53,965 bases of DNA from NCBI GenBank assembly GCA_902521955.1, contig CABYTP010000005.1, positions 1-53,965 on the forward strand. Reading direction: 5' to 3'. Source of the stretch: an uncultured Candidatus Actinomarina sp. GTDB taxonomy: Bacteria > Actinomycetota > Acidimicrobiia > Actinomarinales > Actinomarinaceae. The notes beneath the pieces were generated by a model. That model did no database searches. It was given only the letters and a program-made list of their open reading frames with translations, and was not told the DNA's origin. This document shows, piece by piece, positions 1-8,662 of this stretch. Within the stretch, counting starts at the first letter, position 1. Each line of letters starts with the position of its first letter. The position numbers and the translations under genes were made by a program.

Positions 1-96
1 TATGATGTTAACCAGGATCCTATTGAAGTCCCACCAAGCTCTCAATGGATTCATATTGTTCCAAATGAAGGGCAAATTTCCTGGTCAAATAGCTAA
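1..96 (+). CDS. 3' end of a probable DUF3048-family protein (partial, not in ORF track)
   Basis: Frame 1 reads YDVNQDPIEVPPSSQWIHIVPNEGQISWSNS* (TAA 94-96), resembling the C-terminus of the next gene (DQNGNTMYIPPGKPWISLVP). Confidence 0.65.
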   Translation, partial: YDVNQDPIEVPPSSQWIHIVPNEGQISWSNS

Positions 97-1836
97 TTGT
101 TATTTAGTTTATTTCTTTCCGCTTTACTTAGTTTCAGTGTTAATTTAACTGACTATAACTGTAGTATTTATGATTCTAAAAATTTAATAAGAAACGAAGT
201 AATGCTTCAAATTGTACTTAAAAATTATGGTTATTATGAATTAAAAGTAGATGGTCAATTTGGTCCTGCTAGTAAATCAGCATTAAAAAACTTTCAAACA
301 GAGAATGGGCTTATTTCTGATGGAATTATTGGAAAAAATACTTGTAATACATTGTTTGATAAAAAAAATGTAATCAAGAAAAAATCTAATAATAAATTAA
401 TAGACACTCAAAATATTCAAAAACCATCAGAAGCTTTAAAGATTTCTCAACAAAAGTTGAAAGATTTAGACCTCTATAAAGGATCTATTGACGGAATTAA
501 TGGAACTAATACGAAAAATGCTATAAAAGAATTTCAAAGAAAAGCAGGATTATCCGTTGATGGTGTTCTTGGACCTAATACAATGGCTGCGTTAGAAAAA
601 GGAGCTGAATCTTATATCCCGATTAATCAATTAGATTCTTCAAGTACTGATAATACAGAATCTTCTTCAAATACAATTTCAACATCTTCTGCATTAGATT
701 TAAGAAATTATAACCCATCCAAACCTTGTGTTGATGGGTATGTAGATCCAAATGGTATTTGGGTTACTGATCCTTGTTTTTATCCAGTATTTGTTTATAG
801 GTTTGGTAATACAGCGCAAGTAAACTCACAAAACGAGCTAAATGCTTACCTTGGTGACAGGTGGTCACTAGAAAAAGAAAAAACCTACAATACCATTGGA
901 CCTGTATCCACAATAAATTATGTAAATGGTATTCACTCCCCAGTAAATGGCTTACGTATGCCTTCTAATGCAAATAATCTTATAGTTCTAGGTATAAAAA
1001 ATGATAATAATGTTAATGCAAGACCTCAATCTGGTCCTCAGGATGCTGATGCAGTGTTTGAAGTATTAGTTGAAGGTGGAATGACAAGATTTATTAATGT
1101 TTTTTACGAATCTGATACAAATTACCACGGACCTATTAGATCTGCTAGACCAACGGACCCAACAGTACTTCGTCCACTTGGTGGTGTTTTAGTTGCAAGT
1201 GGAGCTACTGGTGGATTGATTCCTGAAATTATTGATATTGGAGTACCAGTTATAACTGATAGAAGACCTGAGTTTTTTCGTATTTCGACAAGAAGAGCCC
1301 CTCACAATTTATATGCAGACACTTATAAATTAAAACAATTAGCAATCTCAAAAGGATACAAAAAAGTTGATAATCCTCAACCGTTATTTCCATGGGGAAC
1401 TCCAAATTATTCTCTATGGTCTACAAATGCATATATTAAATTAAAATTTTCTTCTCAAACTTCTACTATATGGACTTGGAATGGAAATACTTATTTACGT
1501 ACATATTATGACGCGTACAGAGGCTCATCCTCTGGAGTTCCACATAATTGGATAAATAAATCTGGAAACACATCTCAAATAAATGCAGATACAGTTATTG
1601 CATTATTTTGTGAACCTTACATACACCCATTACAACTTCCATCAGTAAAAACAGTTGGAGAAGGTAGGGCAATAATCATGCATAATGGGAAAATGTTAGA
1701 TGCTTACTGGAAGAGAGGTTCAAATTTGGATCCTTTTCATATAGTTGATCAAAACGGAAATACTATGTATATACCACCTGGAAAACCATGGATTTCATTG
1801 GTTCCAAGCAACTTTCTACCTTCTTTTGACAATTAA
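97..1836 (+). CDS. Secreted protein with two peptidoglycan-binding (PG_binding_1) domains and a C-terminal DUF3048 domain
   Basis: Hydrophobic N-terminus; two repeats of the DG.FG..T..A.K.FQ...GL..DG..G..T type; Ser/Thr linker; DUF3048 motifs KNDN..ARPQSG, VEGGMTRF, GPIRSAR, APHNLY. Confidence 0.85.
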   Translation: MLFSLFLSALLSFSVNLTDYNCSIYDSKNLIRNEVMLQIVLKNYGYYELKVDGQFGPASKSALKNFQTENGLISDGIIGKNTCNTLFDKKNVIKKKSNNKLIDTQNIQKPSEALKISQQKLKDLDLYKGSIDGINGTNTKNAIKEFQRKAGLSVDGVLGPNTMAALEKGAESYIPINQLDSSSTDNTESSSNTISTSSALDLRNYNPSKPCVDGYVDPNGIWVTDPCFYPVFVYRFGNTAQVNSQNELNAYLGDRWSLEKEKTYNTIGPVSTINYVNGIHSPVNGLRMPSNANNLIVLGIKNDNNVNARPQSGPQDADAVFEVLVEGGMTRFINVFYESDTNYHGPIRSARPTDPTVLRPLGGVLVASGATGGLIPEIIDIGVPVITDRRPEFFRISTRRAPHNLYADTYKLKQLAISKGYKKVDNPQPLFPWGTPNYSLWSTNAYIKLKFSSQTSTIWTWNGNTYLRTYYDAYRGSSSGVPHNWINKSGNTSQINADTVIALFCEPYIHPLQLPSVKTVGEGRAIIMHNGKMLDAYWKRGSNLDPFHIVDQNGNTMYIPPGKPWISLVPSNFLPSFDN

Positions 1837-1837
1837 C

Positions 1838-1867
1838 TTTACTTTATAGGTACTTAAATGGTATATT
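1838..1867 (+). promoter_or_regulatory. Candidate sigma70-type promoter for an intergenic small RNA
   Basis: TTTACT (1838-1843), 18 bp spacer, TGgTATATT extended -10 (hexamer 1862-1867); no downstream ORF on + strand. Confidence 0.35.
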
Positions 1868-1870
1868 TAG

Positions 1871-1939
1871 AGTGCGTTTCAATTAAGTGTGATACGCAGC
1901 CCTGTTGGGAAGCCCTCTTTTTGGGGGCTTCCGTATTTT
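1871..1939 (+). ncRNA. Candidate ~65-nt small RNA (5' hairpin plus terminator hairpin)
   Basis: TGCGT-t-TCA/attaagtg/TGA-t-ACGCA hairpin (1873-1898), linker GCCCTGTTG, GC-rich hairpin 1908-1932; locally GC-rich in an AT-rich spacer. Confidence 0.4.
1908..1939. terminator. Intrinsic terminator hairpin between convergent genes
   Basis: GGAAGCCCTC-TTTTT-GGGGGCTTCC followed by GTATTTT. Confidence 0.75.
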
Positions 1940-2885
1940 AGGACTGATTTAACTCAGATAAATAGTTAACTGTATCTCCCCAAACAATATCAGGGATGTA
2001 AGCAATCAAATAAATACATCCTGCTTCTTTGTATTGCTCGATAGTGTCAAAAACCTTTTCCTTTGTTCCGATTAGTGGGCGATCATAATAATAATCTTTA
2101 GGAATATTGGTATATGTAGCTAATTTTTCTACTTTTTTGTCTAAATCATTTTGACTATTTGCAATTAGAACATTTGTATGCAAAGTTTTTCCTATTTCAT
2201 TAAAATCTCGACCAACATTTTCACAATGAGTAGCTAAAATTTTTGATTTTTCTATAAACCCATTTACATCAACATCCCAGTTTCCATAATCTCCATATTT
2301 AGCAAGAAGCTTTAAAGTCACCTTTTCACCACCACCACAAACCCAAAGAGGAGGATATGGTTTCTGTATGGGTTTAGGTTGATTAATTGCTCCGTCTATT
2401 TGATAGAAGTCACCTGTAAAACTTGGAGTTTCCTCAGTAGTCATTTTTTTATATATTATTAAAGACTCTTCAAGCATTTTTAATCTTATACCAGCAGAAG
2501 GATATTCATATCCATATGCTCTATATTCATGATCATACCAACCAGCACCAATTGCATATTCAAGTCTTCCATTTGACATAACATCAATATTTGAGGCAAC
2601 TTTTGTTAAGTATGCTGGATTTCTATAAGAGTTACATGTGCACATTTGACCAAGGCGTACTTTTGATGTTGTTTGTGAAAGTGCTGACATAAGTGTCCAA
2701 CATTCATAAGTCGGGTCTTGTGTTGGTTTTGGAACAGTATGGAAATGATCATAAACCCAAATAGATTCATAGCCAAGGTTTTCAATATTTGATGCTGCAT
2801 TTAATATTGTATTCCACTGGTCTTCTAATTCAATAGAATTTAAGTCCATTCTCCATCCTTGTGGAACAAAAACACCTATTTTCAT
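1938..2885 (-). CDS. LLM-class, probably F420-dependent, oxidoreductase
   Basis: GVFVPQGW, SIWVYDHFH, YRNPAYL, SNGRLE..IGAGW, PKPIQKPYPPLWVCGGGEK motifs of the luciferase-like monooxygenase family. Confidence 0.9.
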   Translation of the reverse strand: MKIGVFVPQGWRMDLNSIELEDQWNTILNAASNIENLGYESIWVYDHFHTVPKPTQDPTYECWTLMSALSQTTSKVRLGQMCTCNSYRNPAYLTKVASNIDVMSNGRLEYAIGAGWYDHEYRAYGYEYPSAGIRLKMLEESLIIYKKMTTEETPSFTGDFYQIDGAINQPKPIQKPYPPLWVCGGGEKVTLKLLAKYGDYGNWDVDVNGFIEKSKILATHCENVGRDFNEIGKTLHTNVLIANSQNDLDKKVEKLATYTNIPKDYYYDRPLIGTKEKVFDTIEQYKEAGCIYLIAYIPDIVWGDTVNYLSELNQS

Positions 2886-2898
2886 AATTTAATTATAA

Positions 2899-3270
2899 CT
2901 ATTTTGAATTTCTGATTCTAAGAATCTTTAAGAGGTCAGTTAAATCTTCTCGATTAGACTTTTTATCTAAATACAGTAATCCATATTTAAGAATTAATAA
3001 AACTGTAGTTATTCCTAAGACAGTATTAAACACTCTTATTACCGCATTATTGTAACAAATTGCATCATGCATTCTTAAGTTTTTGTCTGTATATTCGACA
3101 CCTTCAATTAATATTTGATAAACAGAACCACAATTTAAACTAAATTGTTTAAACTCGACAAATGATGCAGTTAAAAACTCAACTTTTACATCTAAAAATA
3201 GATTTATAATAATAAAAATTAAAAGACTAGTGAAAAAAATTTGGAAATATTTTCTATTAAACATAATCAT
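2899..3270 (-). CDS. Hypothetical membrane protein (two TM helices, loop with two Cys)
   Basis: Two hydrophobic segments flanking LNCGSV...AIC; fills the gap between neighbouring genes. Confidence 0.7.
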   Translation of the reverse strand: MIMFNRKYFQIFFTSLLIFIIINLFLDVKVEFLTASFVEFKQFSLNCGSVYQILIEGVEYTDKNLRMHDAICYNNAVIRVFNTVLGITTVLLILKYGLLYLDKKSNREDLTDLLKILRIRNSK

Positions 3271-3285
3271 AATACACTTTACTTT

Positions 3286-3855
3286 ATGGACGAATTAACA
3301 ATACTTAACGACCAATTAAAGAGAATGCGCGGTATGAATAAGTTTTATCATTTACAATTTCTAAATGATGTCCGTTTCTTCTTACTATTAACTTCAGTAT
3401 TCTTAATAATCGTTCAATATAATATAAATATTTCATATCTACTTCCTCTAGTTTCTTTATTTGGAAGTGTAATGTTGGCTTTCCATGCTTATTATTTAAT
3501 ATTTTCACGTCATTATTCAGAATTTTTAGAAAAAAAAATAAATAATTTATTAAAAAAAGATCTAATTATCACCCATAAGCTTGAAAATAAATATTTTTTT
3601 CCTATAAATGATAAAAAAATAGTAGTAGCAAAGCTTGGTAAAGATTTTTCTTGGTTTAGTTTTGTTACTTTATTTATTACATTTTATGGAATTCTTGTTT
3701 ATTCATATGGAATGTATCTTGTATATAATGAATTACTGAATTCCCAGTATGTTTTTACAGTAGCAAGTATTACATTTGTTACTTTATGCATTGGATACTG
3801 GTGGTTCGTACAAAATATTGGAGAAAAAAGATTGGAAGATATTTATGGAGAGTAG
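3286..3855 (+). CDS. Hypothetical integral membrane protein (about four TM helices)
   Basis: Four hydrophobic segments; start moved from TTG 3241 to ATG 3286, which removes head-to-head overlap and has TACACT 7 nt upstream. Confidence 0.75.
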   Translation: MDELTILNDQLKRMRGMNKFYHLQFLNDVRFFLLLTSVFLIIVQYNINISYLLPLVSLFGSVMLAFHAYYLIFSRHYSEFLEKKINNLLKKDLIITHKLENKYFFPINDKKIVVAKLGKDFSWFSFVTLFITFYGILVYSYGMYLVYNELLNSQYVFTVASITFVTLCIGYWWFVQNIGEKRLEDIYGE

Positions 3856-4228
3856 TTTTACAAATTTTTCAGGGGACAATCTAGATAATTATCTTGGTCA
3901 TGAGATGATTGAAATAAATGAAAATTACGTTGAATCTAAATTAGCAATAACAAAAGACCACAAGCAACCAATGGGGTTAGTTCATGGTGGAATATACTCT
4001 ACATTAGCTGAAACAATATGTTCTTATGGAGCAAATTTTAACGGTAATGGAGTATTTGTAGGAGTTAACAATAATACTGATTTTCTATCCAGTGTCACTG
4101 ATGGAGAAATAGTATGTAAAGCAAATCCAATTAAAAAAGGTAAATCTTTTCAACTATGGGAATGCAACATTTTTCATAATGATAAATTAGTATCCGTTTC
4201 AAAAGTTAGGCTAAGCCGCATTAAATGA
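3845..4228 (+). CDS. PaaI-family (hotdog-fold) thioesterase
   Basis: HKQPMGLVHGGIYSTLAET motif; start at ATG 3845 (MESSF) overlapping the upstream stop. Confidence 0.9.
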   Translation: MESSFTNFSGDNLDNYLGHEMIEINENYVESKLAITKDHKQPMGLVHGGIYSTLAETICSYGANFNGNGVFVGVNNNTDFLSSVTDGEIVCKANPIKKGKSFQLWECNIFHNDKLVSVSKVRLSRIK

Positions 4229-4395
4229 AAGTTAAATATTTATTAATTTTACTTTTACTTACAGCTTGTTCAAATAATTATGACAGAACAAATAATCCAG
4301 ATTGTTGGAAATCCGCACGAGAGACTTGTAGTGAAGAAAATAGAATTAACTCCGGAAATATCAGAGGTGGTAATATTGGTGGAACTGGAAATTAG
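4225..4395 (+). CDS. Small 56-aa lipoprotein (not in ORF track)
   Basis: MKVKYLLILLLLTAC-SNNYDRTNNPDCWKSARETCSEENRINSGNIRGGNIGGTGN*; lipobox LTAC; ATGA overlap with the upstream stop, TAG abuts the next ATG. Confidence 0.75.
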   Translation: MKVKYLLILLLLTACSNNYDRTNNPDCWKSARETCSEENRINSGNIRGGNIGGTGN

Positions 4396-5031
4396 ATGAA
4401 AAAGTATTTATTAGTATTATTGATATTCATTACATGTGGTGGATCTGATTCACCTGTTGAAACTACAGATACAACTACTTTGGAAACAACAACAACGTTA
4501 GGAGAAAATATGGAAAAAACATACTCAACTCAACATCAGATGTCCATTGATGATAGTAAAAATTACACTGCGCTAATTAGAACATCACTAGGGGATATGA
4601 AAGTTGAATTTTTTACTAAAGATGCACCAATAACAGTAAATAATTTTATTACCTTAGCTAAAGACGGTTATTACGACGGTGTAATTTTTCACAGAGTTAT
4701 CTCAGATTTTATGATTCAGGGAGGAGATCCCTCCGGTACAGGTCATGGAGATTATGGTAAATATCCAGGATATGAATTTGAAGATGAACTAAATAATCAA
4801 ATACCATATTCAAAAGGTATCTTAGCTATGGCTAATAGAGGACCCAATACAAACGGCAGTCAATTTTTTATTATGCATGTTGATTACCCCCTTCCATACA
4901 GTTATACAATTTTTGGAAAAGTAATTGATGGCTTGGATGTAATTGACACAATTGCTAGTGTTGAAACTGGTGCAGGTGACAAACCTGTAGAAGATGTAGT
5001 TATAGAATCTGTTGAAATTTCTGAGAGTTAA
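4396..5031 (+). CDS. Cyclophilin-type peptidyl-prolyl cis-trans isomerase with signal/lipobox-like N-terminus and Thr-rich linker
   Basis: FHRVISDFMIQGGDP, AMANRGPNTNGSQFFI, YTIFGKV; N-terminal MKKYLLVLLIFITC. Confidence 0.95.
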   Translation: MKKYLLVLLIFITCGGSDSPVETTDTTTLETTTTLGENMEKTYSTQHQMSIDDSKNYTALIRTSLGDMKVEFFTKDAPITVNNFITLAKDGYYDGVIFHRVISDFMIQGGDPSGTGHGDYGKYPGYEFEDELNNQIPYSKGILAMANRGPNTNGSQFFIMHVDYPLPYSYTIFGKVIDGLDVIDTIASVETGAGDKPVEDVVIESVEISES

Positions 5032-5578
5032 GTAACTTTATTGTTTTTTTAGACAATATTCCACCAGATGTACCAGAAGTATTTTTTATTAGATACTTAT
5101 GTTTAAAAATATCTTTTGTTAAATTTTTTATGTAGGACTCACTATATCCAAGCTTATTCGATAAATATAACGAATAATTAGAGGAGTAATTTAGAGTATT
5201 TGATACATAATAATAAGTGTAAGCAGCAAGTTTTAATTCTTTATTTTCTATTTTTCTAGATTTTAAAAGTTTTGAAACCTTTTTTAAATCAATAGACATG
5301 TACTCGATATTTTTAGTGTTTTTAATAAAATAATCTCTATCTACATTAACAAGATTGTTTATTTGCTTAAGCCCTCTTTTCTTCAATGAAAAATAATTTA
5401 CTTTTCGTATATCAACTGTGTTAATTTCATAAAATTTGCTGGAAGAGAAAGTTACATCTTTCACAATTAATTGGTATGGATTTGGAAACACATAAATTAT
5501 CTTTACATTAAGGTTTGATACTGCGTTAGGTATATGAACAATAATTTGATCTTCATCAAATATTATTTTCTTTTTCAT
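5000..5578 (-). CDS. Hypothetical basic protein with possible C-terminal HTH/winged-helix (DUF6214-like)
   Basis: Lys-rich; C-terminal LSNKLGYSESYIKNLTK...GTSGGILSKKT; TAAAAT 6 nt upstream of ATG; 32-nt convergent overlap with the PPIase gene. Confidence 0.6.
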   Translation of the reverse strand: MKKKIIFDEDQIIVHIPNAVSNLNVKIIYVFPNPYQLIVKDVTFSSSKFYEINTVDIRKVNYFSLKKRGLKQINNLVNVDRDYFIKNTKNIEYMSIDLKKVSKLLKSRKIENKELKLAAYTYYYVSNTLNYSSNYSLYLSNKLGYSESYIKNLTKDIFKHKYLIKNTSGTSGGILSKKTIKLLNSQKFQQIL

Positions 5579-5681
5579 ATTCCTATTTTATTGATTTATT
5601 ACTCACTTTTATTGTTCTTACATATTATTTAGATTATTTGTTGTGTGAAATTTATCATAATTTGGTTATTATTATGAAATT

Positions 5682-7619
5682 ATGAGTGTTGATGTAACTT
5701 TACCTGATGGGAGCGTAAAAACTTTTGACAATCCTGTTAGTGGTTTTGATATAGCTAAAAGTATTGGTTCACGTTTAGCAAAGGATGCAATCTGTTTAGA
5801 GATTGATAATATATTTTATGATTTATCAGCAATTTTCGTTTCTGATATATCTGTACGAATAGTTACAAATAATGATCCGGATGCATTACAAATATTAAGA
5901 CATTCATCAGCACATATTCTGGCCCAAGCTGTATTAAATCTACATCCAAGTGCTAAATATGGAGTTGGACCAAGTATTGAAAATGGTTTTTATTATGATT
6001 TTTTATTTAAAGATCCACTTAAAGAGAGTGATCTAATTGAAATTGAAAAAGAGATGATAAAAATTACAGAGAGTGGTCAGGAATTTACTAAGTCTGAAAT
6101 TTCAAAAAAGGATGCTAAAAAACTATTTAAAAACCAATCATTTAAAATTGAACTCATTGAATCTGCAGAAACTGATGAAGGTGTCTCGGAAGAAGTTGTC
6201 ACAATGTATTCCAATGATAAGTTTTCAGATTTGTGTAAAGGTCCACATATTCCAAATACAAAATACTTAAAACATTTTAAATTAACTAAATTAGGTGGAG
6301 CTTATTGGAGAGGTGATGAGGATAATCCACAACTACAAAGAATCTATGGAACATCTTGGTTTACAAAAAAAGATTTAGATGCTTACCTAATACAGCAAGA
6401 AGAAGCTGAAAAAAGAGATCATAGAAAATTGGGTAATGAACTCAATTTATTTACTACATCAAATGAGCTAGGGTCTGGAAATTTTTTGTGGAAACCAAAG
6501 GGAGCGATACTCCGTGACCTTATTGAAACTTATAGTAAAAATGCTCATATAAATAATAATTATGATTTAGTTAATACACCTCACATTGGTAAATCAGTTT
6601 TATGGGAAACATCAGGACATTTAAATCACTATAAAGAGAACATGTTTCCTCCAATAATACATGAAGAAAACGATGAAACTTACTATCTCAAACCTATGAA
6701 TTGTCCATTCCATATCCTTATATATAAGAGTGATTTACATTCCTATAAAGAATTACCTTTAAGATATTTTGAATTTGGTTCAGTTTACAGATATGAAAAA
6801 ACTGGTGTATTGCATGGTCTGCTTAGATTACGTGGATTTACTCAAGATGATGCACATATTTTTTGCACCAATGATCAGATAAATAATGAAGTCAAAACTT
6901 TACTAAATTTTTCAGTAAAGCTTTTAAATAGTTTTGGATTAGTTGATATTGAGGCTGATTTATCTACAAAGCCTAAAAAATATATCGGAAGTGATGAAGA
7001 TTGGGAAGTTGCAACAAGCAGTCTTAAAAATTCACTGACGGAGCTAGGTATACCATTTGCTACAGCTAATGGTGAGGGGGCCTTTTATGGTCCCAAAATT
7101 GATTTACATGCTAAAGATGCAATAGGAAGGCGTTGGCAGCTAAGTACAATTCAAATAGATTTTGCCCAACCAGATAATTTCAATATAGAGTATGTAAATT
7201 CAGATAATCAAAAAGTTCGTCCAGTAATGATACATAGAGCACTATTGGGATCTGTAGAGAGATTTACTGGTGTATTAATTGAACACTATGCCGGCCATAT
7301 GCCAGGTTGGTTATCTCCAGTACAAATTGATATATTAACAATTGGTGAAGTTTCAAATTATCTAGATGAGATTAAAGAGATGTTTTCTGATTATCGTATA
7401 AATATTGATGATAGAAATCTACGACTAGGTGAAAAATTGCATAATTCTCAAAAAAATAAAGTTCCTATACAAATTATTGTTGGTGAAAAGGACATAAGCG
7501 CTTCTACTGTTGGTATAAATATTCATAACCAAGATAACCTTAAAGATGTTGCATTAACTGAGGCAGCAAAGTTAATTAAAGCTGAATTAAAAGTACCGGA
7601 ATTTTCAATAAATGGTTGA
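5682..7619 (+). CDS. thrS: Threonine--tRNA ligase
   Basis: TGS domain, RHSSAH and DLCKGPH editing motifs, KPMNCP, RLRGFTQDDAH, MIHRALLGS. Confidence 0.99.
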   Translation: MSVDVTLPDGSVKTFDNPVSGFDIAKSIGSRLAKDAICLEIDNIFYDLSAIFVSDISVRIVTNNDPDALQILRHSSAHILAQAVLNLHPSAKYGVGPSIENGFYYDFLFKDPLKESDLIEIEKEMIKITESGQEFTKSEISKKDAKKLFKNQSFKIELIESAETDEGVSEEVVTMYSNDKFSDLCKGPHIPNTKYLKHFKLTKLGGAYWRGDEDNPQLQRIYGTSWFTKKDLDAYLIQQEEAEKRDHRKLGNELNLFTTSNELGSGNFLWKPKGAILRDLIETYSKNAHINNNYDLVNTPHIGKSVLWETSGHLNHYKENMFPPIIHEENDETYYLKPMNCPFHILIYKSDLHSYKELPLRYFEFGSVYRYEKTGVLHGLLRLRGFTQDDAHIFCTNDQINNEVKTLLNFSVKLLNSFGLVDIEADLSTKPKKYIGSDEDWEVATSSLKNSLTELGIPFATANGEGAFYGPKIDLHAKDAIGRRWQLSTIQIDFAQPDNFNIEYVNSDNQKVRPVMIHRALLGSVERFTGVLIEHYAGHMPGWLSPVQIDILTIGEVSNYLDEIKEMFSDYRINIDDRNLRLGEKLHNSQKNKVPIQIIVGEKDISASTVGINIHNQDNLKDVALTEAAKLIKAELKVPEFSING

Positions 7620-8097
7620 TGGTATTGATATAAATCAGGATGATGCCGAAAAAGCACTTCTGCCAGACGACTTAAATTCACTCGCAGTCGGAAGTTATAT
7701 TGTTCCTAATCCAAATAAAAGAAAATACTATCCTGTTTATGTTTTGTCGATTGTAGCAATTACTTATATTGCTTCTTTACTCCTGCCTTTTATTGACTTT
7801 ACTGTATCATTAATAATTCTTGCAATTGTAGCTTTAATGTTATTTGTTATTAATAATAAGTTTTTAATAAACCAAGATGAAGTAATTGAAAAAATATTAA
7901 ATTATATTGATCACCCTATTGGCTATTATTCAATTGCATTAACATTTTTATTTAATTTAAAAAATATTCTTACACCCGTTTGGACAACAATAATTTATTC
8001 ACATGAATCTCCACCAAAATTAAAAACAATTATAGAAATTAATGCATATACCGGAGAACTTCTAAGTGATCCATACACTGAATCTATTAATGCTTGA
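7612..8097 (+). CDS. Hypothetical membrane protein, two TM helices and a PepSY-like C-terminus
   Basis: TM pair, then VWTTIIYS...IEINAYTGELL; overlaps thrS and pgsA. Confidence 0.75.
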   Translation: MVDGIDINQDDAEKALLPDDLNSLAVGSYIVPNPNKRKYYPVYVLSIVAITYIASLLLPFIDFTVSLIILAIVALMLFVINNKFLINQDEVIEKILNYIDHPIGYYSIALTFLFNLKNILTPVWTTIIYSHESPPKLKTIIEINAYTGELLSDPYTESINA

Positions 8098-8662
8098 GAA
8101 AATTTTTAAACCTACTTCTGAAAAATTTGCAATACCTTTTATTAAACTTCTGGCATTTTTAAATGTTAAACCAAATACTGTATCATATGTTGGCTTATTT
8201 GTAGTTCTTATGGGTGCTTATTATTTTTATCTTGGTAATAATTTATTTGGCATTATTTTAATTTTTCTAGGAAGTGCTATCGATGGACTTGATGGTCCCT
8301 ATGCAAGATATAGTAATTTATCTACTGAAAAAGGTGCTATCTTAGATTCATTTCTTGATCGAATTGGAGAATTAGTTATTTGGAGTGTTATTGGCATCTC
8401 ATATACAAATTCAGATATTGAATTGTTTATTGTATTTTCGATTTTAGTGTCATCTAATCTAATACCATACTTAAGAGCAAAATCAGAAAGTTATGATGTT
8501 GATAATAAAAAAGGTATTACTCCAAGACCTGAGCGAGTTATTTTTGCTGTAGTCTATATGTATTTTCAATTACCATTTATTTATATGTACATTTTCGCTT
8601 TTTTAACTTGGGTAACAGTTTTCCAACGGTTTATATTTTTGTACAGAGCTTTAGATAAATGA
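8090..8662 (+). CDS. pgsA: CDP-alcohol phosphatidyltransferase (phosphatidylinositol-phosphate synthase)
   Basis: DGLDGPYAR...GAILDSFLD motif; in the pgsA-acyltransferase-pimA cluster; start placed at ATG 8090. Confidence 0.9.
   Translation: MLEKIFKPTSEKFAIPFIKLLAFLNVKPNTVSYVGLFVVLMGAYYFYLGNNLFGIILIFLGSAIDGLDGPYARYSNLSTEKGAILDSFLDRIGELVIWSVIGISYTNSDIELFIVFSILVSSNLIPYLRAKSESYDVDNKKGITPRPERVIFAVVYMYFQLPFIYMYIFAFLTWVTVFQRFIFLYRALDK

Noticed and set aside
3241-3285. Longest-ORF starts at 3241 (and similarly 3776, 8066, 41880)
   Set aside because: They create long overlaps; downstream ATGs (3286, 3845, 8090, 41904) fit coupling or leaderless patterns better
4456-4500. Repeat-like GAAACTACA/GAAACAACAACAACG stretch in the PPIase gene
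   Set aside because: Encodes a Thr-rich linker; not a DNA-level repeat element
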